The notes under the pieces: model-generated
Database searches by the model: none
The model's input: only the letters and a program-made list of their open reading frames with translations
Told to the model about the DNA's origin: nothing
Translations under genes and position numbers: made by a program
NCBI RefSeq assembly: GCF_006345805.1
Contig: NC_043014.1
Coordinates: 3,596,001 to 3,660,000, forward strand
DNA length: 64,000 bases
From: Octopus sinensis
Taxonomy: Eukaryota
Reading direction: 5' to 3'
In this document: one piece after another, positions 1 to 12,748 of the stretch
Layout: each line of letters begins with the position of its first letter
Numbering within the stretch: position 1 is the first letter of the stretch

Positions 1-162
1 TTCGAATGACCCGTCCGTTTTTTGTGTCGTCTCTTTGATTGTTTTGCGTTCTTGTCCCATTTTGTATTTTTATATATATTTTTTATACATATATATATAT
101 TTGTGTGTGTGTGTATACATATATATATATATATATATATATGTGTATACATATATATATAT

Positions 163-543
163 GGCCTCCGTGCTGTGGGCACGTAACAAACACCATCCGA
201 TCGTGGCCGTTCGCCAGCCTCATCTGGCACCTGTGTCGGTGGCACATAAAAACACCATCCGAGCGTGGCCGTCTGCCAGCCTCGTCTGGCACCTGTGTCG
301 GTGGCACATAAAAAAAACACCATCCGAGCGTGGCCGTTCGCCAGCCTCGTCTGGCACCTGTGTCGGTGGCACATAAAATCACCCACTACACTCTCGGAGT
401 GGTTGGCGTTAGGAAGGGCATCCAGCTGTAGAAACACTGCCAGATCTGACTGGCCTGGTGCAGCCTTCGGGCTTGCCAGACCCCAGTTGAACCGTCCAAC
501 CCATGCTAGCATGGAAAGCGGACGTTAAATGATGATGATGATA
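163..543 (+). mobile_element. RTE-tail-type interspersed repeat with internal ~60-bp GCCGGTGGCAC units and (GAT)n tail
   Basis: Same family at 4620-4862, 8278-8656, 28359-28735 (-), 36266-36620 (-) and 38193-38618. Confidence 0.75.
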
Positions 544-670
544 TATATATACATATATATATACACATACACACTTATATATTCCCTCCCAGTCATTTCA
601 AAATGTAACCACATGTGAATCGTTGGTGATATTTTTCCTCCATCTTCCTTTTCTTTTGGACTTTCCTCTC

Positions 671-704
671 TTTCTGAAGAAGAGCGTCTGCTCGAAACGT
701 TAAA
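671..704 (+). ncRNA. Minimal type I hammerhead-like motif
   Basis: TTT-CTGAAGA-A-GAGC(GTCT)GCTC-GAAA-CG-TT|AAA. Confidence 0.55.
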
Positions 705-814
705 CCATCTTTCTTTCCTTCCCTGAGCATCTGCTAATACTTTACATGTACTATGTCCCCACGTTGTTGTTTTTTGGGGATTTACTATATGCATATATAT
801 ATATATATATATAC

Positions 815-1140
815 ATCAAGATGTAGGACAAGATATTGTGATAGCCTGGGCTTCAGAGGCCCACGGCTCTTCAATATCCTCCCGAAGAACCTGAGGGACC
901 TGCATGGTGTAGATGCGGATGTCTTTAAAGTAGGACTGGATCTCTTCCTGTCAGGTGTCCCGGATGAACCAACTTCACGGCAGGAGGTGCAGATGAGGGC
1001 AGCTGCATCGAACTCTCTCATGCATCAGATGGCGTTTGCTAAAAAGCATCCGTGAGGTAAAAACCATGTAGCAAACCAAATGGCGGTGCCCCAGCATGGT
1101 CACAGCTCATTAGCTGAAACTGCAAAAATCAAAATCAAAA
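815..1140 (+). mobile_element. CR1/L2-group LINE 3' end
   Basis: Translates RGPRLFNILP..FKVGLDLFLSGVPDEP..AASNSL. Its 3' tail GGCGGTGCCCCAGCATGG is shared with SINE tails in the window. Confidence 0.7.
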
Positions 1141-1180
1141 TCATATATATATATATATATATATAATATATATATATATT

Positions 1181-2453
1181 ATATTATATTAAATTAGAGA
1201 TAAAACCACTATTAGGCAAATCAAACAGTGAAAAACATAAGCCAATACATAAAATTAATTTTGAAATATAAAAGTTAAAATTTAAAAATTTAAAAATTAT
1301 TTAAATAATTTAAACTTATAAATTATAAATTATATATACAAATATATATATATATGTATGTATATTTTTATATTTATATATTATTTTATTTATTAATTAA
1401 TTAATTAATTTATTTATTTATTTTTATTATTATATAAATATCAAAAGTATTAAAAGTTTAATAAAAGATAAAGAGTAAAACACTACGATCGTTTCATGGC
1501 TGTACCAATTTGAATAACAATAATTTAAATTCAATTAATAATTCGAATTACAGTCAATCTTCAGGTTAATTGAAATATTTTAAAAATAATCAGAAATATT
1601 TAAACAATATTTTTAATATAATAATTTTACTTATAATAAACTCTATAATATATATTTATTTATAGAGATTATTTTAGATCTTAATTATAATATTTATATA
1701 CATTTATATATTTTCATTGATAATTTATATATAATAGTCATTTTAAAAAAAAATATTTATGTAATTAGATATAGACTATTACCAATATTAGATTATTGGT
1801 GGGTTTCTTACCTTAAAAATTAAAATTAATATTTAACATTATAATCGATTTTGATATAATCATAATAGTTAAGTTTTAAGTTTCTAGTTTGATAATGGAG
1901 TTTATTATAAGTAAAATTATTATATTAAAAATATTGTTTAAATATTTCTGATTATTTTTAAAATATTTCAATTAACCTGAAGGCTGACTGTAACCATAAT
2001 TCGAATTATTAATTGAATTTAAATTATTGTTATTCGAATTGGTACAGCCATGAAACGGTCGTAGTGTTTTACTCTTTATCTTTTATTAAACTTTTAATAC
2101 TTTTGATATTTATATAATAAAAAATAATAAATAAATAAATTAATTAATTAATAAATAAAATAATATATAACTCTAAAAATATACATACATATATATATAT
2201 ATATATTTGTATATATATATTTAAAATTTATAAGTTTAAATTATTTAAATAATTTTAAAGTTTTTTAAATTTTAACTTTTATATTTTAAAATTAATTTTA
2301 TGTATTGGCTTATGTTTTTCATTGTTTGATTATATAATAGTGGTGTTATCTCTAATTTAATATAATATAATATAATATATTTATACTATAAAATTGGATT
2401 TAATCCTAAATCTAATTCTTCTCTGTAAGTTTGGATTTATTCCCTAATATTAT

Positions 2454-2460
<7 letters not shown>
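1181..2460. repeat. Foldback element (arms ~470 bp, spacer ~250 bp) plus unique tail; Penelope-like
   Basis: 1181-1648 is the reverse complement of 1897-2368. Sits in (TA)n. A short relative lies at 20455-20745. Confidence 0.75.
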
Positions 2461-2494
<34 letters not shown>

Positions 2495-2816
2495 CACAAA
2501 GGGCTTCTTTCATTTTCCATCTACTGAATCCACTTGCAAAGCTTTGATTGGCTTGAGGCTATAGAAGACTAGTCGATGACCCTTGCCCGAGGTGCCATGC
2601 AGTGGGATTGCACCTGGAACCATGTGGCTGGGGAGCAAACTTCTTAATACGCAGAATCATTGCAAGGAATATGTTTATTGTTTTGTTTCTTTATTAAGAT
2701 GGAATTAATTGTTGAAGAAGAATGAGTCCTGACTTTCCTATATTGGAGTATCTGAATTTCTCTTTTTTTTTTTACCTGCAGAGAGAAAGGGGGAGAGACA
2801 GAGGGGGGGATGGAGT

Positions 2817-2856
<40 letters not shown>

Positions 2857-3163
2857 GTGGAAAGAGATAGACAATTTGAGAGATTAGAAAACAAAGAGAT
2901 AAAAAGACAGAAAGAAAATGAGAGAGAGAGAGAGAGAGTGAGAGAGATGAAATAGGTAGATAGAAGGGGAGAGAGAGTGAGAAAACCAGAGATCGACAGA
3001 GACACAGAAAAGTAAAGAGAGAGAGAAAGAGAGAGAGAAGGAGGGAGAGAGAGATAAAAGCATAAAAACATATAAAATAGATAAGAGACAGACAGACAGA
3101 CAGATGGTGATAGTGTAACACTGTTTCTCGGTAACATATAGCTACAGATGGTCGGGAGAGAAA

Positions 3164-3194
<31 letters not shown>

Positions 3195-3559
3195 TGCACG
3201 AGCAGAGGAATAGTGAGAGGGATAGACAGGAAGACAAACAGAGAGAGAGAGAGAAATGTCATTTGAGTGAGGGTGGGTGGAGGTGGAGCAAGGGTTGGGA
3301 TCAGATAATATTACCAAAAAATAAATGGCATCACATGTTAAAGAAATACGGATGGATTGATGGGTTCTGACTGGGATGGTTCCCTCTGGAAGTTGCACGG
3401 AAGAGTTCAAAGAAATAGGTCATGTAAATAGGGAGGCAGAGGAGAGACATGTATTGTAGAGGAATGGTTAGGGTTTTTAAGGGTTGTTTTGTAGGGGACA
3501 TGCCAGATGTGTAGGGAGCTGACACTGTATTGAGTGACAAACTGTTTCTGTCTGCTTGT

Positions 3560-3624
3560 TTCTCTCTCTCTCTCTCTATCTATCTATCTGTCTATCTATT
3601 TGTCTATCTATCTGTCTATCTATG

Positions 3625-3678
<54 letters not shown>

Positions 3679-3687
3679 CCTACCTAC

Positions 3688-3741
<54 letters not shown>

Positions 3742-3766
3742 GTCTGTCTATCTATCTATCTATCTG

Positions 3767-3811
<45 letters not shown>

Positions 3812-3820
3812 ATCTATCTA

Positions 3821-3879
<59 letters not shown>

Positions 3880-3944
3880 GTCTATCTGTCTATCTATCTA
3901 TCTGTCTGTCGATCTATCTATCTATCTATCTGTCTATCTATCTG

Positions 3945-3981
<37 letters not shown>

Positions 3982-4018
3982 ATCTATCTATCTGTCTATC
4001 TATCTATCTATCTGTCTG

Positions 4019-4055
<37 letters not shown>

Positions 4056-4114
4056 ATCTATCTATCTGTCTATCTATCTATCTATCTATTTGTCTATCTA
4101 TCCGTCTATCTATG

Positions 4115-4155
<41 letters not shown>

Positions 4156-4220
4156 GTCTATCTGTCTATCTATCTATCTGTCTGTCGATCTATCTATCTA
4201 TCTATCTGTCTATCTATCTG

Positions 4221-4261
<41 letters not shown>

Positions 4262-4274
4262 ATCTATCTATCTG

Positions 4275-4347
<73 letters not shown>

Positions 4348-4348
4348 C
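3560..4348. repeat. (TATC)n/(TGTC)n compound microsatellite
   Basis: Direct reading. Similar arrays at 39440-39550, 42375-42706, 45528-45740 and 52600-52785. Confidence 0.95.
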
Positions 4349-4865
4349 TTTCACCATTTCCCTTGCTTTCTCTCTCTGTATTTCATATATATATATAAGG
4401 TGTCTTTCGACTGAGAACAAATCAAATACAGTTGGCGTGTAGGGAGTGAAAGCCTAAAAGCAGGAACAAAGGAGATGGACCATAAGAGGTGTTGGCGGTA
4501 TGTATATGACCATGTATGTATATGAGGCATGATCTTCGAATGTTGAGCCACATGGAGCCAATGACAAGTGACCAACACCATGACAGTATGCCGTGTTTGA
4601 GTACACTCGGCAAGCCAAGTGAAACTGTAGTCAGGACTGCTGGCAGTGTCATGTCAGTGGCACCTGGGATGGTGGCATGTAAAAAGCATCTTTTACACTG
4701 TTGGGGTGGTTGGTGTCAGGAAGGGCATCCAGCCATAGAAACATGCCAAATCAGACTTGAACCTGGTACAGTTCTCTGGCTTACCAGCTGCAGTCCAACC
4801 ATCTAACCCATGCCAGCATGGAAAGCAGACATTGAATAATGCTCATGATGATAATGATGATCATA

Positions 4866-4896
<31 letters not shown>

Positions 4897-4957
4897 GCTT
4901 GTCAGTGAACATTAATATATACACATACATATATATACATATATATACATATATATT

Positions 4958-5192
4958 TTTTTTTTCTTTATTACCCACAAGGAGCTAAACATAAAAGGGA
5001 CAAACAAGGACAGACAAACGGATTAAGTCGATTAGATCAACCTCAGTGCGTAACTGGTACTTAATTTATTGACCCCGTAAGGATGAAAGACAAAGTCGAC
5101 CTCGGCGGAATTTGAACTTAGAGCGTAGCGGCAGATGAAATAAGGCTACGCATTTCGCCCGGCGTGCTAACGGTTCTGCCAGCTCGCCGCCT
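4958..5192 (-). mobile_element. tRNA-derived SINE with Nin-like central domain (another copy at 51137-51354, +)
   Basis: tRNA-like head with GAGTTCAAATTCC B box; core CTTTCATCCTT..GGGTC..TAAATTAAGTACCAG. Confidence 0.65.
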
Positions 5193-5227
5193 TCAATATA
5201 TATACACACGCACCACCACACACACAC

Positions 5228-5275
<48 letters not shown>

Positions 5276-5758
5276 GAAAGGTAACAAACAAAGGAAAAGA
5301 ATTCCTTCAAGGGGTGGTGTAAACACCCAATTCACTGGTACATTGGTTGAATACCACAGAATTAGGGGTACAATGTAATTGCAAACAATAAATTAGAGAG
5401 ATTAATTGAGAATCCAACAATTTATTTATAAAATAACATAATACACTATGAATATAATATAATATAACATAATTATTTAAACAACCAAAAAAGCCAACAA
5501 TTTGTTTCGACTTTATACATTTTTTGATATATAAACAATTCAGTTCCCTTATATATAAGTCACATCAGGGCATTGGTGTGCAGATAGCCGAACTTCCTTG
5601 TGAACGAATTGCCGGATTGTAAAAAAATTAATTCAAACGACTATGTATTATTAGGTGGGTGTTAACCATTCAACTAGATATCAATTACATTAAAAATTAA
5701 AAAACAGAAAAATTATAACGGGCAAAATAATTAAGTAGAATCTAAAACTATTGAAATA

Positions 5759-6065
5759 TCTTTATATATAAAATTGAAGTTGTGTGTGTGAGACTCTGTC
5801 TCCTCCGATTTAGATTCCTAACTACTCCCACATTTTGCGGTGCAGTTTAACCAAAAGTGGCTATCTTATAGTTGTCATTCATATCGAGCCTTTCTGGGTA
5901 TTAGCGCGCGTCTATGATGAGTCTTCGATTTAAAAAGAAATTTACCATCATTTTTCCGCATTTTTAATGATTTTTGCTCAGGTTATACAAGGGAAGTAAC
6001 TCTCTAAAAATGCTTATATAGTTATTTCCCTTACAAACTCTAGCAACGCTGGGCGATACTGCTAG
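5759..6065 (+). mobile_element. Non-autonomous Helitron (~307 bp)
   Basis: 5' TC, 3' CTAG, subterminal GC hairpin, inserted between A and T. An empty-site version of the flank exists at ~33090-33115. Confidence 0.85.
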
Positions 6066-6884
6066 TATATCTATATTTCTCAAATAATATCAATCTAAAC
6101 TCGTTATTATAATCACATGCAACAATAATATATATGTATATAATTAAGTATCAGGGTCTTACTGAATCTACAAACTGTAATAAAACATGTAAAAAGATAT
6201 AATGATAATTATATTTTTCATATATAATAACTTTTCTATTTATTTAAAGTTATTGATATAAAAAAGTTGGGATCTTTTCGTTTTGACCGGCAGATTTTTA
6301 AAATAATTTCTTTGTAGTAACTAAACACTTTTAAACTTCGTATACTGGTAGTGGGTTACATAAAACATCTTTTTCTTTTGGCTTTCTTGAGAAAATTCTG
6401 TAGTTTGTAAGCTATTTGTGGTTTAATTTCTTGCATTTCACCAATTTCAACCAATCAATGACGTCTATTGAAGTGAATACATTTTCTGCTGTAGTGTGTC
6501 AACAACAATTATTTGCAGTGTCATATGAATTTGTCACTGTTATTTATGATATATTTCATATCAGTTACGTTCGTATGAATAAAAGATTATCATTATTAAA
6601 CTTTTATTAATAAACACATATTCTAAGTTCACAACATATGCAGTTTAATTTCCCTCTCTGTAATGAACTGACACTTATACATCTTTGCTACTCCATTTTC
6701 TTATTTTGTATTATTAATTTGTAGTAAAACATTTTACCTTTGCCCATATAATACAGTAAATGAATTGATTACATCGCAATCCTTACCATTTATGTATTAA
6801 CTTTGTTGGGTGCTTCACTGGCAGTATATTGGATATATGTTATCCCATGGTGGGTTGCACTCACAAACTTTATCTCAATTTGTA

Positions 6885-6917
<33 letters not shown>

Positions 6918-7010
6918 ATATTTATACAAAATTATATATATATGATATATACAAAATATATATATATATATGTGATATATACAATATTTATATGTGTGTG
7001 ATGTATACAA

Positions 7011-7047
<37 letters not shown>

Positions 7048-7100
7048 GTGATATATACAATATTTATATGTGTGTGATGTATACAATATATAATATATAT

Positions 7101-7144
<44 letters not shown>

Positions 7145-7591
7145 AAATTAATTTAAACAGCCGGTTGCAATCTTACACCAAAAGGAAGAATTATAAATGT
7201 GAGTAGGGTGTTAGGAAACACTTACATTGCTAGAAATAAGAGCTAAACCACTCTAATGCAGTAGTTAATGCACATGAATTAAGCCATGTACCCTAACTGG
7301 GACCATAATTGTCCAAAAAGTGACCGGCCAGCATTTTAGTTCTTGTTTATCTGTGCATGTGTGTTTGTGTGTGTGCATGTTTATGCTTGTATGTATGTAT
7401 ATGTATGCGTATGACCTTCTATGTATGTATACGTATGTATGTATATGTATGTCCGAACAGGTACATAAAATATACATACATAAAATATACATACATCTAC
7501 ACACATATGAATTTAGTGTGTGTATATGTATGTGTGAAGTGATATATATACTTAAGTACATAAAAGATCAAAAAAATAGGAAAGGAAGAAT

Positions 7592-7932
7592 TCAGAGAGT
7601 GAGGGAGAGAGAGAGAGCGAGAGAGAGAGTGAGAGAGTTGTAAGCCGTGATGGCTGAGTTAAAGATGGTAACGGTCACAGTCTTGGTCAAGTTATAGGAG
7701 ATTCCGCCAACCGTGTTGTTAGCGGTACACACATACACCCCACTTGTGTCAGGGTCCAGTTCCATAGTTCTACCCCAAGATATCCTGCTAGTTTGAGATG
7801 TCTCTGGGAAGAACTCCCACATGGTTGTGGGGTCAGGGTTGCCGAATGCTACACAGCGAAATCTTCTTTTCGTGCCACGAACCAGTGTCCATTCTGTGAC
7901 ATCTGGAATTAGTCTGATGGCATCAACGGGAT
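7592..7932 (-). CDS. Three-Ig protein, left copy, terminal exon 4 (Ig domain 3 plus putative GPI signal)
   Basis: tttcag acceptor gives the YPV linker. Motifs FRCVAFGNPDP..W and DTSGVYVCTANN. Ends FNSAITAYNSLTLSLALSLSLTL-stop. The four exons total 1020 nt (339 aa plus stop), in frame. Confidence 0.85.
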
Positions 7933-8277
7933 CTGAAAGAAAACGGATGATCAAAAGAGAATTTACTGAAACCATTTTATGTGGCAACACTTGGTTGTCA
8001 AATGTGGCACTTTACTCTCACTCCCTTTCTCACTCTCTCTCTCTCACTCACACAGCCCAAATAACCCCTTCAAAAAACGTCTATATACAGACACATTCCC
8101 CCTTATTCTCATCCCTTCTTAACTTCCCACAGTCAAAGGCCATTGCAGAAGGCACACAATGTGCTGTGCAGTGAGGTTGAACCTAAAACCACATGGTTTG
8201 GAAGAGAACTTGTTACCCACATGCCTGCACCTAAAATAAAGTGTATATATATATATATATATATATATATTTTAAAA

Positions 8278-8656
8278 AAATCAAAATCGATCAACATGAG
8301 TGGAAATTGTAGCTGTGATACCAGTGCCGGTGACACATAAGAGAACCATCCGAACGTGGCCGTTGCCAGCGCCACCCCGAGTGGCTTCCGTGCTGGTGGC
8401 ACGTAAAAAGCACCAACCGATCGTGGCCGTTTGCCAGCCTCGTCTGGCACTTGTGCCGGTGGCACGTAAAAAGCACCCACTACACTCATGAAGTGGTTGA
8501 CGTTAGGAAGGGCATCCAGTCGTAGAAACATGCCAGATCAGACTGGGCCTGGTGCAGCCTTCTGACTTCCCAGACCCCAGTTGCACTGTCCAACCCATGC
8601 CAGCATGGAAAGCGGACGCTAAACGACGACGACGATGATGATGATGATGATGATGA
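8278..8656 (+). mobile_element. RTE-tail-type repeat in Ig gene intron 3 (mirror copy at 28359-28735)
   Basis: GGAAAGCGGACGCTAAACG then (GAT)n end; internal tandem units. Confidence 0.75.
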
Positions 8657-8891
8657 TATATATGTTTAACACTCCTTGGGTGACAGATTTTCTAGGGCTT
8701 GATGCCCAGTGATGAGAGAGAAATAATTCTCTCTGTTTTTTCCCCAATCCCTACATTAACAATGAATTAAAGGTGTGTGTGGTCAATAGCACTGCTAGAA
8801 ACAGCAACTAAATGTCTCTTGTATTACACTCTGCTGTCTGATCATATGAAGTACTCATTGAATAATTATATAATATATATATATATATGTA

Positions 8892-8934
<43 letters not shown>

Positions 8935-8984
8935 TATATATATAATATATATATATATATTATATATATATATGTTATATTATG

Positions 8985-9054
<70 letters not shown>

Positions 9055-9060
9055 CTGTAG

Positions 9061-9440
9061 ATGCAAAATGGCCCAGTGATTAGGGCAGTGGACTCATAGT
9101 TGTAGGATCACAGTTTCAATTCCCAGACTGGACAATGTGAGTGTTTATTGAGTGAAAACACGCCTAAAGCTCGATGAGGCTCCAGCAGTGGGGGTGGGAG
9201 GGTGAACCCTACTGTACTTTTTCACTGCAACTTTCTCTCACTCTTTTTTCCCTGTTTCTATCGTGCCTGTAATTAAAAGGGGCCAGCCTTGTCACACTCT
9301 GTGTCATGCTCAATCTACCCGAAAACTATGTTAAGGGTACATGTGTCTGTGGAGTGCTCAGCCACTTGCATGTTAATTTCACAAGCAGGCTGTTCCATTG
9401 ACTGGCTTAACTGGAACCCTCGTAACTGACAGAGAGCCAC
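9061..9440 (+). mobile_element. tRNA-derived SINE (copies at 13963-14330 + and 27740-28125 -)
   Basis: A-box-like TGGCCCAGTGATTAG, B-box-like GTTTCAATTCC, shared body. Confidence 0.65.
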
Positions 9441-10421
9441 AATATATATACATATATATATAAGTAAATATAAGAGAGTGGTCACTATGTGGCTCACTCC
9501 TTATTAATTAATTATATATATATATATATATATTGTTATATTAAAAGCCTGGGTGCATTGTGTTCCGTTATTTAATAAATGAAAGAAACGTTTGTAAATA
9601 CACAAACAACACGTGAAAATGTATAACGTATATGAAGTGCACAAACAGATGGAAGACACACGCAGAAGGTCCCTAATTCTTGATCAGTTATCAACCAAAT
9701 GGTATAACTCAGTTTCACACCCTTAATTATATAATTGTGTGCATGCACATTGATATCCCCGGCCCCTGTCTAGTATTAGCAGTGAAGAAAATAAACTGGT
9801 CAAGCATCAAAGGCTTGACTTAGCAGTCGTTCAGGAGGAGTTGACAAAATACATCCTGCACTTGGAATGATTGTGGAAACAAATGTTGGGGACAAAGCCC
9901 CAGCATGGGCACAATCCAGTGACTGAAACCAGTAAAAGATTAACATTTAGGGTAAACACTTATGTGCTGTCCCCTGTCCTTGAATGCAGGAGTCCATGAC
10001 TCATCAGGCAGTGAATGAGGTCTGTAGGTGTTTGAGTCCCTTCCACTGTGAAACCAGAGATACCCAGGGCAACCCAACAAACTACATGATGTTGAGATCC
10101 TGGGCCAGATGTTTCTATCCTGTCTCCCATGCTCATTCTTCCTGCATCACTCATCTCCTCTCTCAACCCAGATGTAATGACTTGCTTTGTGAGAATCTTC
10201 CAAGAATTTTCTGGCAACATTATTTCCCACCTTCACACCTAATCCAAGAATCTTGAGCATTGAGTGAACACTGGTTCCAATCAATCTCCAAACGCCAATC
10301 TCTGGAGGAAGGCACATTGCCTCCCATCCATTCTTTACACAGAATCCAACCAACTCACTGTGTTTTCTGTGATTTCTGAAGAAATAATAATAGCAACAGA
10401 GAAGAAAAGCAGACAACTTAC

Positions 10422-10703
10422 AGTCAACTTCCCAGGTTTGTTTATCTTCCAAAGAACTTGACCCCACTCTACATGTAGCCGTCTTGGTTGTCTTGGTGAC
10501 TTGAAATGTTAGGCTTGCAGTTTGTGTGAAAATGCACTGATCGACCTGTTTAACTGGTGGGTTTGGTTTAGCGCAGGTATTGCCAACACAAAGTTGTAAT
10601 TCCTGTGCAGGACTTCCAACGTTACTCTCGCAAAAAACGGTGACAATGTCATTGAGAATTTGATTATTAGAAGGAGCCGTCAGATTGGGAGTTCCAGCTG
10701 GAC
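10422..10703 (-). CDS. Three-Ig protein, left copy, exon 3 (Ig domain 2, C2-like)
   Basis: ctacag acceptor, GTAAGT donor, 282 nt, phase 1-1. Motifs VTVFCESNVGSP and TATCRV. Confidence 0.85.
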
Positions 10704-10883
10704 CTGTAGGAAAAAAGAAATGGAAAGAAAAGGGGACATTTAAAAGCAAGAAGTAATGTTTAGGGAAGTTAAGGATCATCAACAATTTCATTGTATGTGA
10801 GAGAGAGAGAGGGGAGGACGGGGATAGAGGGGAAGAGGGAGAGGAGAGAGAGAAAGGGGGAGTAGATAAAGGTAACTCCTTAC

Positions 10884-11219
10884 CCAGAACATCAAGTGTC
10901 TCACTGTTACTCTTCAATGCAGCAGCATTTTGATTCACCACCTCACACCTGTAATTCCCTCGGTCAGAGCAAGACAAAGAACTGATCGTATACTTATAGT
11001 AATACTGGTTGCCTGAACCATTGACTGAAGTGTTGGGATCACTTTGACCTGAAACAACAGGAGTAAAGGCTGTAGCAATCTGGTTGTCATTATGCATGAA
11101 AATAGCATTGTACTGAAGTACTGTGGTGGTGGCATTGCAGAAGAACTGAGCAGAATCACCAATTTTGGCAGAAGTAGAGATGGAGAATGTCACTGCTTGA
11201 GATTTCACAACTGGAACAC
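10884..11219 (-). CDS. Three-Ig protein, left copy, exon 2 (Ig domain 1)
   Basis: tttcag acceptor, GTAAGG donor, 336 nt, phase 1-1. B-strand Cys (QFFC) and F-strand DRGNYRC motif. Confidence 0.9.
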
Positions 11220-11728
11220 CTGAAATGATGGAAAGACAGAAAGATTAATAAACATGAATGTCTGGCTACTTTTTTCTTTACTTCTTTCATTCATTAGACT
11301 GTGGCCATGCTGGGGCACCACCTTGAACAGCTTTTAGTTCAACGAATTGACCCCAGTGCATTTTTTTAAGACTCATACTTATTTCACTGCTCTCTTTTTG
11401 CCAATCTGCTAAGTTATGGAGATGTAAACAAACCAACACCGGTTGCCAAGTGGTATGGTAAACTAACACAGACACAAAGCCACACACACACATACACACA
11501 CAATGGGCTTCATTCAGTTCCTGCCAACCAAATCCCCTCACAAGGTTTCAGTCAGCTCAAGTCTATAGGAGAGGACATTTGCCCATTAGTGCCATGCAGT
11601 GGGACTGAACTTAGAACCATGTGGCCGGAAAGTAAACTTCTTTCCACACAGCCACCCCTGTGCCCTTCTATACAAATATGTATGGGTATATGTAACCATC
11701 TATCTTCCTCTCACTCCCTTTCTCTCTG

Positions 11729-11793
<65 letters not shown>

Positions 11794-11828
11794 GTATCTA
11801 TCTATCTATCTATATATATATATATATA

Positions 11829-12226
11829 CTAGCAGTATCGCCCGGCGTTGCTCGGGTTTGTAAGGTAAATAACTATATAAGCATTTTTAGTGAGTTATAG
11901 CAAAAAAATAGCAAAAAATGCATTAAAATGGAATAAAAAATTATGGTAATTTTTTTTTTAAATCGTTGACTCATCGTAGACATTTTTAGAGAGTTACTTC
12001 CCTTATATAATAGCGAAAAATGCATTAAAATGGAATAAAAAATGATGGTAAATTTTTTTTAAAATTGTAGACTCATCGTAGACGCGCACTAATACGCAGA
12101 AGGGCTCGATATGAATCACGACTAAAAGATACCGGGTTTTGGTTAAACTGCACCACAAAATGTGGGAGTAGTTAGGAATCTAAATCATAGGAGACAGACA
12201 CACAACTTCACTTTTATATATAAAGA
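11829..12226 (-). mobile_element. Non-autonomous Helitron with internal duplication
   Basis: TC...CTAG termini, same family. A further partial copy lies at ~12515-12730. Confidence 0.8.
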
Positions 12227-12748
12227 TTTGTGCAACAACTAAAACATTTGGTTGTGCAAATTGTTTGCACAGGAAACCTGCCCTGTGTGGCTGTAATTGC
12301 CGTTTTTGTGGATCTGTTTCAGCTTTTTAGCGATTTCTGTTTTGGCGACTTCAAGCCATGAAGTCGTTGTTCTAAAAGAACGCTGGTCTCCTTGACAACG
12401 CATTACGACGTTGATTTCCTTACACTCCCTTCCCCACAGCTTCACGAGGGAGGGAAGAAGGGGGAGAAGCAACACAGGTGTGAGCGTGGACGCCAATTCC
12501 GCCGCCATCGGCACACGAAAAATTATGCATTAAAATGGAATAAAAAATGATGTTAAATTATTTTTAAAATTGTAGACTCATCGTAGACGCGCGCTAATAC
12601 CCAGACGGGCTCGATGTGAATCACGACTATAAGATACCCAAATTTGGTTAAACTGCACCGCAAAATGTGGGAGTAGTTAGGAATCTAAATCGAAGGGGAC
12701 AGACACTCACACAACTACAGTTTTATATATATATATACATATATATAT

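Noticed and set aside
163-380. Regularly spaced GTGGCAC repeats as a CRISPR array
   Set aside because: Eukaryotic context, the spacers are themselves related, no cas genes, and the unit belongs to an interspersed retro-repeat.
3530-4442. 280-302 aa ORFs (SIYL/LSIY repeats), and similar ORFs at 42274-42819, 51874-52899 and 54157-55234
   Set aside because: Translations of microsatellites that lack stops in some frames; no domain content.
4399-4497. Plus-strand exon candidate with AG and GTATGT boundaries
   Set aside because: Stops in all three frames and no supporting neighbours.
10147-11208. 353-aa single-exon ORF
   Set aside because: It is exon 2, intron 2, exon 3 and intron read-through; splice sites and the paralog define the real exons.
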